A stretch of 61,169 bases of DNA, filler included, from Vannella sp. (taxonomy: Eukaryota), in NCBI GenBank assembly GCA_023345925.1. It is 6 parts of 6 records of this genome, joined end to end, with 100 filler letters (N's around TTAATTAATTAA, not from the genome) between each part and the next. Parts side by side here need not be neighbours in the genome. Positions count along the whole stretch, not along the records: positions 9,357 to 17,326 come from JAJQQN010000290.1; positions 17,427 to 24,607 come from JAJQQN010000032.1; 4 more parts are not named here. One strand, written 5' to 3'. Positions 9,615 to 21,600 of the stretch are shown piece after piece. Every line of letters begins with the position of its first letter. The first letter of the stretch is position 1. A program made the position numbers and the translations under genes. The notes beneath the pieces are model-generated. The model saw nothing but the letters and a program-made list of their open reading frames with translations. It did not search any database and was not told the origin of the DNA.

Positions 9615-12600
9615 ATGGAAGAGGAGTCCCTCCTGGCCTCTTTGGCAGACCATTTGGAAGACATAGACCGGGTGCGGTACTTGTTGCAGAGCTTAGTTCT
9701 TGTTGCTGTCCCCTCTGAAAGCCTTTCGAGGCAGTTGATGGAGCTTTGCTATGCTGTGGGGGATGCCCGAACAGTTATCCCCTTCCTTGGGTCATTGATT
9801 CGTTGGCCTGATGATGAAGACGACTTGATCGTTCTGTACCAAGATATGGTGGAGGGCGACCGCAACATGATTGTCCCTGTACTGTCCTCATTATCGACTC
9901 TCCCCCTCTCCACGAAGAGCAGAGCTTTCCTCCTTCAAGTAAGTCCATTACTAGGATCACTCCAGTCCCTTACTTGAGCCTTAGACCACAGAAGTGGGTC
10001 TTTCAATCGCTGAGGATGATGATCTAGTCACCATCGTTCGGAGTCTCACTTTCGTGGAAGAGTCCAAATGTGCTCCTCTTGCACTGGCTCTCAGATCTTC
10101 TCTCCGCGAGCTCGAAACCATTTCTGATTCCGTTCACATTGTCGTTTCAGTCCTCTTTGAGTTATTATCTCTGTCAAGGCCAGTTCCATTCGGAACATCA
10201 TTTTGGAATCTCTATTTCGGTCCCTTGAATGATAAGATGACTCCTATTGAGATCCTCATTTTCTTGATTCTTTTCCAAGCAGGAATCACCCGAAAGAGAG
10301 CTGCAGACATCTTGTGGAAAGGCATTGTGGTGGAAAAGACTATTTCACTTTCTTCTTTAATATCTGCTCTTTCAGTGGGCTCACATTGCCAGCTTCTTGC
10401 TGAAAGGGGATTATTAATTGGAAGTTTCTGCGAGTGGTTTGACAGAGAACTTCTTTCTCAAGTGAACCAGGAGCGGCTTTTTACCAAAGTCGTTTTTAAA
10501 CCCTCCTTGTGGGACGATTGGTCTGGAAAGCTCATGCAAGCTCTATTTTTGAAGTGTTCTCATCAGCATATGATGTTGCAACAAATTATAAGCCTCACAA
10601 TAGGTCAACCTGCACATTCGAATGACGAGGATGGAGTACAATCTCTGAGTCTACGCTATGCCGAGATCATCTTAAGATTGTGCTCTGAAGAACCAAATTC
10701 CTCGGCAATTGTGGAAAACGGGGGCCTCAGTAGCCAACTTGAGGATATTCTTTTCCACCCAGCTTCCGCACAATACTCTTCCCAGGTTTATCAAATTCTC
10801 TGCTCCTCATTGGTTACCTTGTGTAAGAAGAGATCCTCTATCAAAGACTCACTCTTTCTGTACCTCCAAAAGCACTTGTTTACTGGCAATCCCAGTAGTT
10901 CTACCCTGAAGAAAGGTAATTATCCTCAATTACATTCCAGCGAGTGATTAATGCTTAGTATAGGGATTATGATTGTTCAGGTTCTGGTAGAACAAAGAAT
11001 GCTGGAACCGTTCGAACACCGAGACATTCTTTCTGGACTTCTTCAGTTAGTGTCTTCTTGGCAGCATCCCCCTGTTGCTATTTATTCCCTCCTTCGACAG
11101 TGCGCTGCCCATTATCTCAGTGCCAGTGAATGTCTTTCTGTATTAGCGTTCTTTTTATCGGAGTTACTCTGCAAGGAGCAACTTATTCACCCTTGTGACT
11201 CCTTTTTGGCTGAGTGTCAATTGCTTGAATCACAGCCAACTTCCTTGTTTAAACTCAGAAGAAAGAAAGCTCTGTTGCTATCAGAAAGCCACATCTCTCC
11301 CACCTCCTTCATCCTTCAATGTGAAGGCTTAACCAACTTTGCAGCGAAAGAGGAACTGCTCAAAGCCTTTGCAACTCTCATAGATCGTAGTTGCTTGCCA
11401 TCATTAGGATGTAAATGCCTTTGGGAGAAGCTTTTAGATGCCCCACTATTACCTTCTGAGGATCAAGCCGTCCATCTGAGTACTCTGCAGAACACTCTCA
11501 GTTTGCTGTTGAGAAACATTCCCGTCTCCTTGTACCGGTCCAAACCAGCTCTGGATAGAATTGAACTTTGGATGAGCACAGTGCACTTGAAAGTGGAAAA
11601 GCCTATTCCGATCGATTGCTTGGTATCTTGGGCGGAAGAAAGACTTCTGGCAACCTCAAACCAAACTGTGCTATATTTTCTCACTTCCATTTGCCGGCTG
11701 ATGAGTTACAGTGAAGAGTTCTGCTCCTGTGCAAAACTGGTTCAAAGTCTTCTTCTGTTGCGTTTAACAAAACAAGACTTATCTCAGCATTCAGATCCGC
11801 TTCAGCGCTTTTCTATTGCTCTTAGTCTCGCTTGTGTTCGGGAGTTTCAGAAAATCACTCAAATTGTGGTGCACCCTGATGAGATACTCCCTTTTTTGGA
11901 CTCTTGCGAAGAAGATCCTCTGCTTGTTTCGTATATCTTAGCCCTGTTTCCATCCTTACCCACGGTTGCACATGAAAGGATAACAGAGAATCTTTGTCAA
12001 GGAATTCTCTTTGCGGAACTCCCTTTGAGTGTGGAAAAAAGTGCGTCCATTGCTGTGGATTTACTGAATTTACCTTTAGAGAAGAATCTTATCCCTCCCT
12101 TTAGCTCTGCTAAATCTGCACACATGCGGCACACTGAGCCGTACACTTGTGAGTTTTCCAAGTCCTTTTCCTTTTTCTGACTTTTAGGAAAGGGATTTCC
12201 TACATTGTGTGTTGCACCCTCAAAGTCATCGCAAATCCGCTAGATTGGAGTGCCGTGGTTGAAAGAATGGTAAGTTTAAACGCTCTATAATATTCGGGGT
12301 TTAACGGGGCTATCTCAGTTAGGAACATTTGGAGTTCAAGAACGCTCTGGAAAGAAAACTGAGATTGCAGTGAGTCAGCTCGAATGTCGTGCATGTCACT
12401 CACTATGACAGACACTTTATGTCATCTGCCACCAACTTAAACCACACTTACGCAGGGACATTCGAGATTCTCAGACCTGGACTTGGCTAGTAGTTGGAAA
12501 TTTAATGCTCGCTCGCATTCTATTTCATTCGGAGAGAATCACTGGCACGTGGAATGAGAAAGACTCTGCCTTTGTTTCTTCTGTGCTCTTCTCTTTGATC

Positions 12601-13038
12601 TCTCATGCGTGCCAATGCACTTTCAGAAGCTCCAAGTATTCGCTAAGGAACTTTCTCCTTCGGCCAAAGCTTCTCCGATCGACGATTCTTTCCTCTCTTT
12701 CTTCTATTCATATTCTATACACCTCTATCGAGAGTTTTATGGGGCAAAACAACAACCTGGTACGTACAATGCTCCCAACCAATCATTCTGAAACTAATTA
12801 GTTCCACTTCTAGCCGGCCCAAAAGAGACTCACCCAGCGCAGGTTAATGACAAAAGTCGCCCAATATAAGGTAGAGTTACAAGAAGACCACGCTGTGGAG
12901 AGCAAACAACTTCTCTCCGCTCCCCAAATCACCAAAAGTCTGGAAACAGGCGAATTCGAGAGAGCCTCGCCCTCCGCCGCTCCAACACCGCCAGATCCAA
13001 AAAGACCCTTCCGTGTGGAACCCTCTTGGTCACCCTAA
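9615..13038 (+). CDS. Divergent FANCD2-like alpha-solenoid protein (multi-exon)
   Basis: VIPFLGSLI...LYQDMVEGDRNMIVPVLSSLSTLPL...LSIAEDDDLVTIVRSL resembles the FANCD2 segment (LTVPILDVLSSLRL...LEDLPVIIKFIL). Introns at 9939-9984 (approx.), 10916-10963 and 12149-12192, plus further 3' introns. Confidence 0.6.
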
Positions 13039-13196
13039 TCTAATGGCCTTCTCCACATTGGCCAGCCTTGCCACCACCCCTCACAGAGCTCCCAAAATAA
13101 ATGGGCATTTTGAACTCGTGACTTAGAATCATATAAACAGATGGTTTGAAGGAGAGGAAGATTTATTCATTTGTTGTTACGGCGGAGAGTCGAAAC

Positions 13197-13964
13197 ATGT
13201 CCGGACCAGCTGTGGAGCGCGTGGAACAAGAAGAGGAGGATGACTACACTGAGACCTTCCAGTTTGATGTGCACCACTGCGTGAGCCGTGGACGGAACGC
13301 CTACTCCATTGACACTGTGACAGAGAAGGAGGGAGGCTTCCTTATTGCTTTCTCTTCTGAGCCTCAGGGTGACAAGAACGCAGAAGCAGAGTTCAACCAA
13401 AAGCAAGTGAACCATCTGAAAGCGATGTTTGAGGAAGAGGGCGACGCAAAAGACCTTGAAGGATACGTTTTCTGCACCATCGAGAGCGTAGCTGCCCATG
13501 CTCTTCAAGAGCTTCAGTTCTACACTGAAAGCGAGGGCTCTCGCACTCCCCCTTCTCGTGATGAGGTAACAGAGCGTGTCTGCACGGCTTTCGCCAACCT
13601 TTCGCAACCCGACTGGACTGGCATGACTGGCGGTGATAAGTACCGCTACTTTGTGTCCCTCTTTGACATGGAAGTCTTTGAGAACGACTCTGTCGCAGCT
13701 GCATGGATTGCTCACGTAACTGCCCGCGTCGCCCAGCTCTCCGACAAGTAAGTGGCCTCTCCTGACTCAGGCACATTGAGAAAGCCTCCTAATATGAATG
13801 AAAGCAAGGTGACTGTCACTACAGTACCAGCTGGTGAGTTCCCTGAGGACAGAGGGGCCAACCACCTCCGAGACATTCGCCTCAAGATTGCCGACAGCTC
13901 CCGTCCTTCTGTCTTCGTGGAGATCCTCCCCGCTTCCAATGGCTGGTTTACTACCACTGCATAA
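13197..13964 (+). CDS. Acidic hypothetical protein, 2 exons
   Basis: Strong coding bias, TATA-like ATATAAA near 13131, and a GTAAGT intron at 13748 that rejoins the 13752-13964 frame. Confidence 0.7.
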
Positions 13965-14057
13965 GCTCCCAGCAATACAGTGATCACCACTCCCACGACT
14001 GCTCGGTCTAGAAGAGGTCCAGACGGTGGAAAAGAAGGCGTTTAGGTCAGTAGAGAG

Positions 14058-16327
14058 TTACCACACCTGGCACTTTGTGGTGGGGTTCATGAAGGACCCA
14101 GCTGGGCACTCCCAGATGTCCCCAAAGTCAGGAAGGTCCTGGAGAGGACCAATGACGCGGTAACGAGCGGGGGAATGGACATCGTTGGCGACTTGGTTCT
14201 GGAGGTATTGAGGAGTTGCCACTTCACACCAGCCTTGCGCATAGGAAACGAAGAAGAGCTGGATGTTACTCAATCCCGGAACAATGCTGGGTGCCGAGGC
14301 ATCCCCACGGATGAGGTTCTTGTAGGCCAAGAAAGAGTTCTTCACACCGCCAATATCCGCGATGTTCTCGTTCTCAGTAAGCTTCCCGTTGACATACAAG
14401 CCGGGAAGGACCTCAAACTGACTATACTGGTCAACCACACACTGTACTTTCTCCTCAAACCTGGCAGTGGTCTGTTTCTGCCACCAATTGACCAAGCGGC
14501 CTTGCCCGTTGTAGTCCTTTCCTTCGTTGTCGAACCCATGAGTGTTCTGAGAGTTTGTGTGAGACACTGAGAAGAAGCGGCTGCTTGACGTACCTCGTGG
14601 CCCATGATAACGCCAGCACCACCGTAGTTCATGGACATGGGCAGGGACAGGTTGAAGTATGGGAACTGGAGAATGCCAGCGGGGAACACCATCTCGTTGC
14701 GAGTGGGATCGTAATAAGCATTCACTGTGTCTGCAGTCATCTCCCATTGGTCCTTATCTGCCAACTGGCCGATGGAGGAAGCGGATTTGATGAAGCTGTA
14801 CACTCGAGCATTCATCACGTTCTCACAATAAGTGTCTGGCGCGATGCTGAGGTTTGTGTAGTTGTCAGGATTCGAAGGATAACCTATTTGGTTACGAATC
14901 TGCTTCAGTTTGGCAAGGGCACGAAGGCGAGTCTCTCTGTCCATCCACTCCACAGAAAGAAGGTCAATCTTCATCTGATGCTCAATAGATTGAACCATTT
15001 GCTCTGCAACGATCTTCGATTGAAGCCCAAAGGTCAAACTCGCAAAGATACTGCATTCTTGTAAGTCACCTTTTTGTCACCCATCAGGAGGCTCCCTTAC
15101 GCTCCAGTCTGGTCTCCCAAAGCCTGATCGGTCTCTTTTGCACACACTTGGGCACGAGGGGGAGCTTCGGTGAGCCCGCTGAGGACTTTCCCGTAAAAGT
15201 CAAAGTCTCTTTCCACAAACTCGGAAGTCAAATATGGAGAGAGAGCGTTGATAGCGCACCAACGGACGTAGGTTTGGTAGGAAGAAGGATTGACACTGGC
15301 AATGAAAGCGCTCATGGAGCTGAAGTAGGAAGGGATTTGGACGTTCAATTGAGTGGCAGAGGGATATCCCATTCCATTCAGGAACTGCTGCCAAGGCAAT
15401 TGAGGAGCCAGATTCTGCAAACCTGAGAGATCCAGTTTGTTATAGAGCTTGAAGGGATTCCCCATCTCATCAGGAGCAAGCTGGAAGCTTGCCAACGTCG
15501 CTTCAATCTGGTAGATACTTCCCGCATCACTGCGGGCTTGGGAGCTGGGAATACCAGCCAGCTCAAGCATAGTCGCAATGTGCTTCTTGTAGATGTCTCT
15601 TAGGACCAGTGTGAGATCTTCTGGAGCAGTTACTGTGACTTACTTACTGGATATCAGTGCTGTTGCCAAGGTAAAGGGCGGCTGGCAAGCCGGTACCTCC
15701 TTGAGAGAGCTGCCCGATGTTGTACTTTGGATCCTTCGCATCCAGATCAACATAGAACTGGAAAAGAGGCTGGATCTGATAGCGATTGAGTTGTCCAATC
15801 GCGAACATCAAGCTAGAGACATCCTTTGCATATCCCCCGTCAGCTACAAGTGAAGGTATGAGACGGTTCTCACCGTGATCGTGTCGGAGATGGCAAGGAA
15901 GGGTTGAAGAGGCTGAGTCCCCAGTTGGTTGATCTGGCTCGTGTTCAAGCAGGCTGAGTTGAAGACGAAGACCTAAGCCAAGCATAAGCTTAAACAGGGG
16001 ACGTCAGAGGGATGAGCTCACCTTGCCGTTATCTGGGTTGCTGCAGATGCCTTGAAGGATTTCCGAGTTACTTGCGCTGATCGTCCCAATGCTACGAGGG
16101 AAGGCCCCTTCAGAGGGAGGGAGAACAAAGGTAGACATCCAACCCCCACAGCTATACGCATAGAAGTCGTCACAAGGGTCAACAGAGTTATTCATGGCAG
16201 AAAGGACAAAGTTGGCGATGTCCCCGTCCACGCCCAGCGCACTCACTCCCAGCTGGCTTCGCCGCACCATATCCACACCAACCACAGCACTTACCAGCAG
16301 GACGCATAGAAGGCACGCCACGCGCAT
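14058..16327 (-). CDS. Secreted M13 family zinc metallopeptidase (neprilysin/ECE-like)
   Basis: Signal peptide; VDPCDDFYAYSCGGW; VNAYY...VFPAGILQFPYF; zinc motif GHE/NTHGFD split by an intron; ENIADIGG; HSPARYRV; C-terminal KCQVW. Confidence 0.95.
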
Positions 16328-16490
16328 GAGGAGAAGGTGAAATGAAGAAAAGTCGGAAAGTCGGAAAGTTCCGTTCCTTGGGGGCTTTCGATTGGTCTGT
16401 ATTTAAACACTCTTCGTTACATCACTGTTACATTTCCTTAATGGGGCGGGTACAAGAGAGCAGTGGAGAGTGCGCAGGACCCTCTCGCAC

Positions 16491-17326
16491 CTAATCAGAG
16501 GTGACAGTTTGGGCTCCACGACCGCGACCACTGCGGCCTCTGTCTTCTCCGCGTCCTCTGCCTTCTCCACGACCACGTCCTCCGCGTTCCCCACGCTCGC
16601 TACGGCCTCCACGGTCGCCACGACCTCCACGGTCTACGCGATCTCCGCGATCTCCACGCTCGCTACGGTCGCTACGGTCTCCACGGTCTCCACGATCGCT
16701 ACGGTCTCCACGGTCTCCACGATCGCTACGGTCTCCACGGCCCCCACGACGATCTCCACGGCCTCCACGGGCTCCGCGTTCGCCACGGTCTCCACGCTCT
16801 TCTCGCTCGGGTCGATCAACACGTCCTTCATCTCTCTCGGTCCTCTCTCTATTTCCACGTCCACCACGGCGCCCTCGAGACTTTGGTGAAGCAGCACCTT
16901 CAGTCGATTGGTCACCTCTGTCACTGTCACGGCGTGGTCCTCGTTTCTTCCTCTTTGAGTCGTCTTTGTCCTCCTTGGCTGCCTCTGTTCCACTGGCTGC
17001 TGTGGTCACTTCTTGTGCAACGGGAGACGCTTCAGTAACGTCAGCAACTGGAGCGGGAGTATCAACTGGAGCCTCCTCAGGCACAGATTCTTCGGTTTTC
17101 GATTCCTCGGGCACGGATTCCTCTGCTACGATTGTCTCTGGTTGAGCCTGAACCTCAAGCTCGATAGGAGCTTCAACCTCAACAGGGAACTCTTTGGGGA
17201 CCAAGAATGCCTTCACCTCCTCCAGCAGCTGTTTGACTAAGGCTTGTTAGACCGACATTGAGCCTTGCCCCTAACTTACAAGTAGCAGGGGGGTTATCGT
17301 TATCATAGAAGGGAATGGCCTTGTCC
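16491..17326 (-). CDS. 3' part of a protein with an acidic linker and a long RG/RD-rich low-complexity tail (putative RNA-binding)
   Basis: [10 protein letters not shown] and RGGRG repeats. The 5' end is lost in the gap. Confidence 0.7.
16590..16800. repeat. Degenerate 9-bp coding tandem repeat
   Basis: ccacggtct/ccacgatcg/ctacggtct units encoding RGD/RSD triplets on the minus strand. Confidence 0.8.
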
Positions 17327-17426
17327 NNNNNNNNNNNNNNNNNNNNNNNNNNNNNNNNNNNNNNNNNNNNTTAATTAATTAANNNNNNNNNNNNNNNNNN
17401 NNNNNNNNNNNNNNNNNNNNNNNNNN
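17327..17426. other. Artificial contig linker
   Basis: 44 N + TTAATTAATTAA + 44 N. Confidence 0.97.
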
Positions 17427-17428
17427 CT

Positions 17429-18607
17429 CCAAATGAGCCTGCTTCCGCTCATTTGGAGGCTCTGATAGGCGCTGTACCATGGGAGCGCTCTGGCATCCAT
17501 AGAAGAGAGGGAGAAGGAGCGTTGGAACCACAAGAAGGCCATCTTCCAGCACCCCGGCGCTACTTCAAACCTGTTCCGCGACTGGGAGCGCTCTTGAGTG
17601 GCGCATCAGCCTCGACGTCTAACGAAGACCCCGAACCTCTCTTCTGGAGCCGTGTACCTGCATCGTGCTCCCCGCACGAAGCTTCTTTGGAGTTGACTGA
17701 GATGCGGATGAAAGCGGAGCGCCATCGTCAACAGAAGCTCGATAGGAAGCTTCTACGTCAAGTACATGCTGGTTCAATCACTGAAGAACGGCGGTTAGAG
17801 CTGCAACAGGAGCGCAACCGCAAACCAACGAGCGCGAGTGATTCGGACGAGATTCGCCTTATGGGGGCTAACAGGGGGGTCCACAAGCAACTCCAAGTGG
17901 AGAACTTTGCTTCTCTGTTGATGATCTATGAACACAGAGCCACAGGGCCTCATTCTAGTGAGGGTGTACACCAGGCAGGTCAATTGGGGACTCTGTTTCG
18001 TTCCCACGCCCCATTAAGCTCGATTCATCGTGTCGTCGACTTTGGTTGTGGTTCAGGCAACCTTTGCTTAGCTCTTGCAGCCTACTGGCCAGCGATAGAG
18101 TTCGTCTTTGTGGACCGCAATGCACAAAGTCTGTCTATTCTGGCCCAGCGAGCGGAACTTGCGGGACTGAAGAACGTTATAACCCTCGAATATGACTTTT
18201 CTATCGAGAACCTCCTTGACCTACCGCTTGGCACCTTCGAGATAGGAATTGGACTGCATTGCTGTGGCACTTTTACGGACTTAGTGATGGAGATCTGTTT
18301 GCACTTCCGGGCGAGTTGTATTGTTTGCCCTTGTTGTAATGGAAAGGTGAAAGGGTGTGGGGCTGATGTGCAACAGTTCCGGTACCCTCGCTCCTCCTTT
18401 CTATCTCAATTCTTGACGGAAAGTCAATTCGTTGAAGAAGTCTCTCGGAGTGCTGACGACCTCAATAACTATGATGCCAAATGCGTTGTGGAGGCCGATC
18501 GAGCTTTATGGGCACTGCAGCACTTTGATAGCGTGGAACTGTACGTCCTCAGCCCTCCTTCAGCATCTCCCAAGAATCTCGTCGTGTTCTGTCACATAAA
18601 CCGGTAA
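17429..18607 (+). CDS. GSTCD-like SAM-dependent methyltransferase (5' truncated)
   Basis: VVDFGCGSGNL (motif I), IGLHCCGTFTDLV, VCPCCNG, VEADRA, SPKNLV match the GSTCD C-terminal methyltransferase pattern. The frame is open to the contig edge. Confidence 0.85.
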   Translation, partial: PNEPASAHLEALIGAVPWERSGIHRREGEGALEPQEGHLPAPRRYFKPVPRLGALLSGASASTSNEDPEPLFWSRVPASCSPHEASLELTEMRMKAERHRQQKLDRKLLRQVHAGSITEERRLELQQERNRKPTSASDSDEIRLMGANRGVHKQLQVENFASLLMIYEHRATGPHSSEGVHQAGQLGTLFRSHAPLSSIHRVVDFGCGSGNLCLALAAYWPAIEFVFVDRNAQSLSILAQRAELAGLKNVITLEYDFSIENLLDLPLGTFEIGIGLHCCGTFTDLVMEICLHFRASCIVCPCCNGKVKGCGADVQQFRYPRSSFLSQFLTESQFVEEVSRSADDLNNYDAKCVVEADRALWALQHFDSVELYVLSPPSASPKNLVVFCHINR

Positions 18608-18653
18608 ACAGCGACCTGCTCTTGTTTTGCACTCTGAGTTAAGTTTCTTTCAT

Positions 18654-21600
18654 TCATTCAAGCAGTGTCTTGATCTCAGCAACCTGGAGTTTGGTCTGAA
18701 GGTCTCCTTCTCTTCCTTGGAGAATTCGGGTTATTTCCTTCGCATGGACCTTAGGGTTCGCTCCTTTACCAATCTGGTTAGCTTTTAATGAGGACTAAGT
18801 GAGTGTACTTACCATTGAGCTTCGTTACAAGCCCCTTCAATGCCTTGAGAGCCGCCTCTCGGACAACATGATACTTTGGGTCGTTCACACATGCACCGAT
18901 TGCATGAAGAAGGGAACCTGCAGTTGTTGCTGATAACAGAGAAGCCCTTTCCTCCATAGAAGAGCTATCCTCTGAGTCTCCCACGTGAAGCCGTTCGAGA
19001 ACTTTCTCAAAAGCACCCAAAATCTTGATTTTCGTGTTCCAATTCGCGAGCTCGAGCTCGGTGAGGAGTAACTCAATGACTGTAGCGACGAATTGAGCTT
19101 GAGTGCTCCATTGGATGGGCCATGCGGCACCCAAACAACGGAACCCTTCAGCCTGTAAGACATTATTCCGGGCTTTGTTCAACGCCGCTTCCTTCTCCTC
19201 CTCCGCACGTTTTTTTGGGTCCATTTGAGAGGAAACAAAGGAATGTCCTTCGCTGGCTTGAGAGGAAATAGAGCAAATTAGAGACTTCAAATAAGGGAAC
19301 AACTCCTCAAAGGCATCGAGAGGCGGGCAGAATGTCTCAAGCAACTGAGCCAAAGCACTCAGCGCCCTCCTTTGATACTCTTTTGCTGCTGAAGAAGATC
19401 TCTGGGACTCGATGAGAAGAGTCTGAACGAGAAATCGAGGCGTTAGAGTCACTCCCTCGCGCCATTTCAAATCATCTGCTTCAATTGTATCTTTACAGGC
19501 AGCGCTGCAACCTGCAATAGCAGGAAAGATATCCTCCTTTCCTGTCCATATTCTGCGCTCCTCCAACTGCACCAACAATGCACCCAGGATCCTCACAGTG
19601 TGAGGTCCTAATGAGCTACCTAATCGATCAGAAAGCTTCTTGGTAACCAAGAAGGCTTGCTGGCGCATAATCCAAGCCGAACTTGCCAGTCCCCTTTCAA
19701 TGAGCTGGAGAATCTCTTCCATGTAAATGCGGTCCGAAGAGTGTCCTCCTAACTCCACCCACACTGCTTCGTACAACTGGCGAGTGTCATCACTGCTCGT
19801 ATCACAGGTAGCGAAGAATGCCAGAGGAATGCAGTCAATGTGGAACTCAACAAGGCGCCGTGATGCCCGTTGAGCGAGCTCCAAAATACAAACTCCCACA
19901 ACATGGCGCAAGATCTTCACTGCAGAGCCAGAAGTGTCTTCACTGAAGTAGAGCTCTTTGAACTTCTTGAGGAGATCACTGAACGCCTTTGGAGAACACA
20001 TGCTGGCCAAATAAGCAATTGTTGAGGCGTAGAGCTTGCGGAGGTTGGACGAAGGATCACTCAGTCGCGAAACAAGCTTTTGAATAAGCTTGCCCGAGTA
20101 CTTCTTGAGCAAGTCAGGATGTTGCTTGGCGATGTTGGACAGAAACTTTGCTGTGCCAGCTTGTGTTGGAAGGCCTATTCCTGTTCCAATCAGATTGAAT
20201 AGCTTGGAGCATACTTCACGCACGTTCTCTTGAGTGATGAAGCGAGCACAGATATCGAGCGTGTCGTTCATTGGCATCGAGTTCGAGAACGCTAATCGAG
20301 CGGTCTCCAAAGCATCCTTGGTGATTCCATACTCTTCTGTCTTCTGCTGCAGATAGTTGAACTCTTGGGGCTCAAAGAACGACAGATTCTCGAGTAGAAC
20401 AGCCATTAAAGTTGGCACGTGAGGAGCTACAAGCTGTTGAGATGCCTTGCAGACCTTCCTAATACTGTCCAAAGAGTACAACTGAACAGGCTTGGATTCA
20501 CTGACCAATCCCTTCTCCAGTAAAAACTGTAAGGAAATAGCCAAAGCCACTTTGGCATCCTCAATCGACGTATACTCTGGGTCACACAGTTGAATTGAGA
20601 GCCGAGTGAGGGTTTTGGATGCTTTAAGAGCCTCTGTCGCGACTGACTCCTTGATGTCGTCAATGACACGGAACAACATGTAATAGATTTCTTCGAGATG
20701 ATCCATTATCTGCCGGAATGAACGACCGGATAGCCCGTCAGCCAAAGCAGCACAACTCGCTTGTCGTACTCGCCATTGGCGAGAGCCCATCCCTTCCAGC
20801 AGTTCAGCAACTATTCCATTCCAGTACGGATTCAAGGACCTCTTGTCTGCCAGTAGAGCATTCAAGACATTGTTCATGGCCTGAGCAATCCGAGAATTGG
20901 GGTCGTAGCTGCACCGATATAGTTTGGGCACTAAGGAAGGCAGATACTCCTGCAGTTGCTCCTTTGCCTCAGAAGATGCCAATGCCGTTGCTGCAAAGGC
21001 GGCACCCTTCCGAGAAGACCACATTTGATGGTGCGAAGCCAAATTCATGAATTTGTACATCAGCTCGGGCTTGCCCAGCTCTGAAGCCAAAGAGGAGAGC
21101 TCCTTGTAAGTAGATAATTTGGAGTCCTTATCGCCTGGCTGCTGTCCAAGCAACCCTTCTGGGAAGAGCTCACTGTTAGCAGAATGCTTAACTTGACTCT
21201 TCCCACCAGTTGATAATGTGCTGACAAGCGAAGAAACCAACTTCCTCTGACTCTCAACAGTGCCGTGTTCGTAAACCAGGACAAGCCCACGGCTTCCAAC
21301 CTCTTGAATAACTTCGTTGGGAGAAGACAACATAAACGTGAAGCTCCGCTGAATAGATTCGATGTGGCGCTGAATCTGAGGATGCTTTCCACTGAATTGG
21401 GTCAGTGATAGCAACCAAATGCTTCCTGCAACTTGCTCGTCGGGCTGGGACGAGAGAACATAACTTTTGATGACTTTGGTTAGAATAGACTCCATTGGCT
21501 CATCGCTAAAGACAAGATCTTTCTCTTGAAGCTTCTCTGAAGGCAAGAGCCTGGCTTGGGCAATCTTTGAATTCCACCTTGAAGCAATGCAAGAGAAAGC

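Noticed and set aside
16470..17145. Plus-strand ORFs rich in SPR or STVAT repeats
   Set aside because: Antisense shadows of the minus-strand RG/RD repeat gene.
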